A stretch of 64,000 nt of DNA, from the NCBI GenBank assembly GCA_012026655.1, contig JAAILG010001416.1, positions 1 to 64,000 of the forward strand, read 5' to 3'. This DNA comes from Hydrolagus affinis (Eukaryota). The notes beneath the pieces were generated by a model. It saw nothing but the letters and a program-made list of their open reading frames with translations, was not told the origin of the DNA and searched no databases. Shown one piece after another: positions 63,064-64,000 of this stretch (positions are counted from its first letter, which is position 1; each line of letters opens with the position of its first letter). The position numbers and the translations under genes are program-made.

Positions 63064-64000
63064 TGTAACATAATCATTCAGGGAGTGCACTCGCAGCTCC
63101 GTACAGAATATCGCTACTTTGATCTTGTTTTCATCTCTTCCTCTCTTGTCCCCACTCCATCCACATCAATTGCATCCAACCATCACATTCCGAACTCATC
63201 AGACTGTGAGGATGCATTGGGTGTTCTTATAAGAAAAATAATAATAATAATAATCCTTGTATTTGATATAGCACCTTATCATATTGTTGAGTCGTCTCAA
63301 AGCACTTCACAGAATAAGCTAAAGTTTGTTTTCTGCGCTTAACAGCCATTTGGCAGCTAATTTAGGTCAATTTAATGTTTGATATTTGATATTTGTTACA
63401 TTAAATGTATTCGGGTTAAATGAAACTGGACCCTTCCTCTGTCACCCAACAATGTTCTCCATGGTGACACCATGAAGCTAAGTATTAGAGTTGGGGCAGT
63501 GGCGGCTTGTCCAGCGCCTTGGCATGTCCTCCTGACGTGAAAGGACGTGGGAGAGAGGCCAAAGCATTGCACATGTATATAGGGATCATTGCTGTGGTAA
63601 CAAGACAGCCTGGTTAGGCAAACTCAGATTGCCTTAGCTGACAAAAAGGTCACTAGTTGACACTGTTATCATTAATGGATTTTTCCCTTCAACCAGTCGG
63701 ACACTGCTTTTCTGACTGGACAGAATAAAGTGTACCACTGAACAGTGACAAATTCCACAAACTGATTCAGAAATATTAACCACAGGAACATCTTGACTGA
63801 TCTCGCCATTGAGAAATGGTATCACAGGAAGGGTGGTGGGATTAGGTTCATCTGCATGCAGTATTTCCTTTACTTGGGAAATCTGTGACTAAAGGGCAGA
63901 GTCTCACGACTGTTAGCATCAAACTAACAGATTGTTGGCTTTTTGAATTCACTACCACAAAGTGTATTGAGGCTGAAGCAAAATAATTTGTTTAAAATGG

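Noticed and set aside
63634-63888. Minus-strand open frame of about 85 codons after a ccctttag acceptor-like site
   Set aside because: No recognisable protein similarity and no partner exons; length is compatible with chance. A tBLASTx search would settle it.

Overview
Eukaryotic, AT-rich, repeat-dense vertebrate DNA. The DeuSINE-type, CR1/L2 and Penelope-derived repeats suggest a cartilaginous fish, probably a chimaera such as Callorhinchus (inference). The window holds the last seven coding exons of AP3B1 (AP-3 adaptor beta-3A; hinge end plus ear/appendage domain) on the + strand, from 6586 to the stop codon ending at 55903. All exons have GT-AG boundaries and consistent phases. The rest is intron, 3' UTR and downstream DNA. 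It contains many copies of a tRNA-headed SINE, L2 and CR1 LINE fragments, a Tigger/pogo deletion derivative, a related MITE, two assembly gaps and several repeat-free blocks that look like conserved non-coding enhancers. Most notable observations: (i) three ~140-bp Penelope-derived inserts carrying minimal type-I hammerhead ribozyme motifs, two with target-site duplications and one with an intact catalytic core in the sense strand of the AP3B1 pre-mRNA; (ii) a candidate 37-nt poison exon with an RBFOX motif; (iii) inverted SINEs flanking a 232-nt exon; (iv) an LLDLL variant of the beta-3 clathrin box; (v) a strong CTCF site among the enhancer-like blocks. Family names and synteny come from recalled knowledge, not database searches, and repeat boundaries are approximate.
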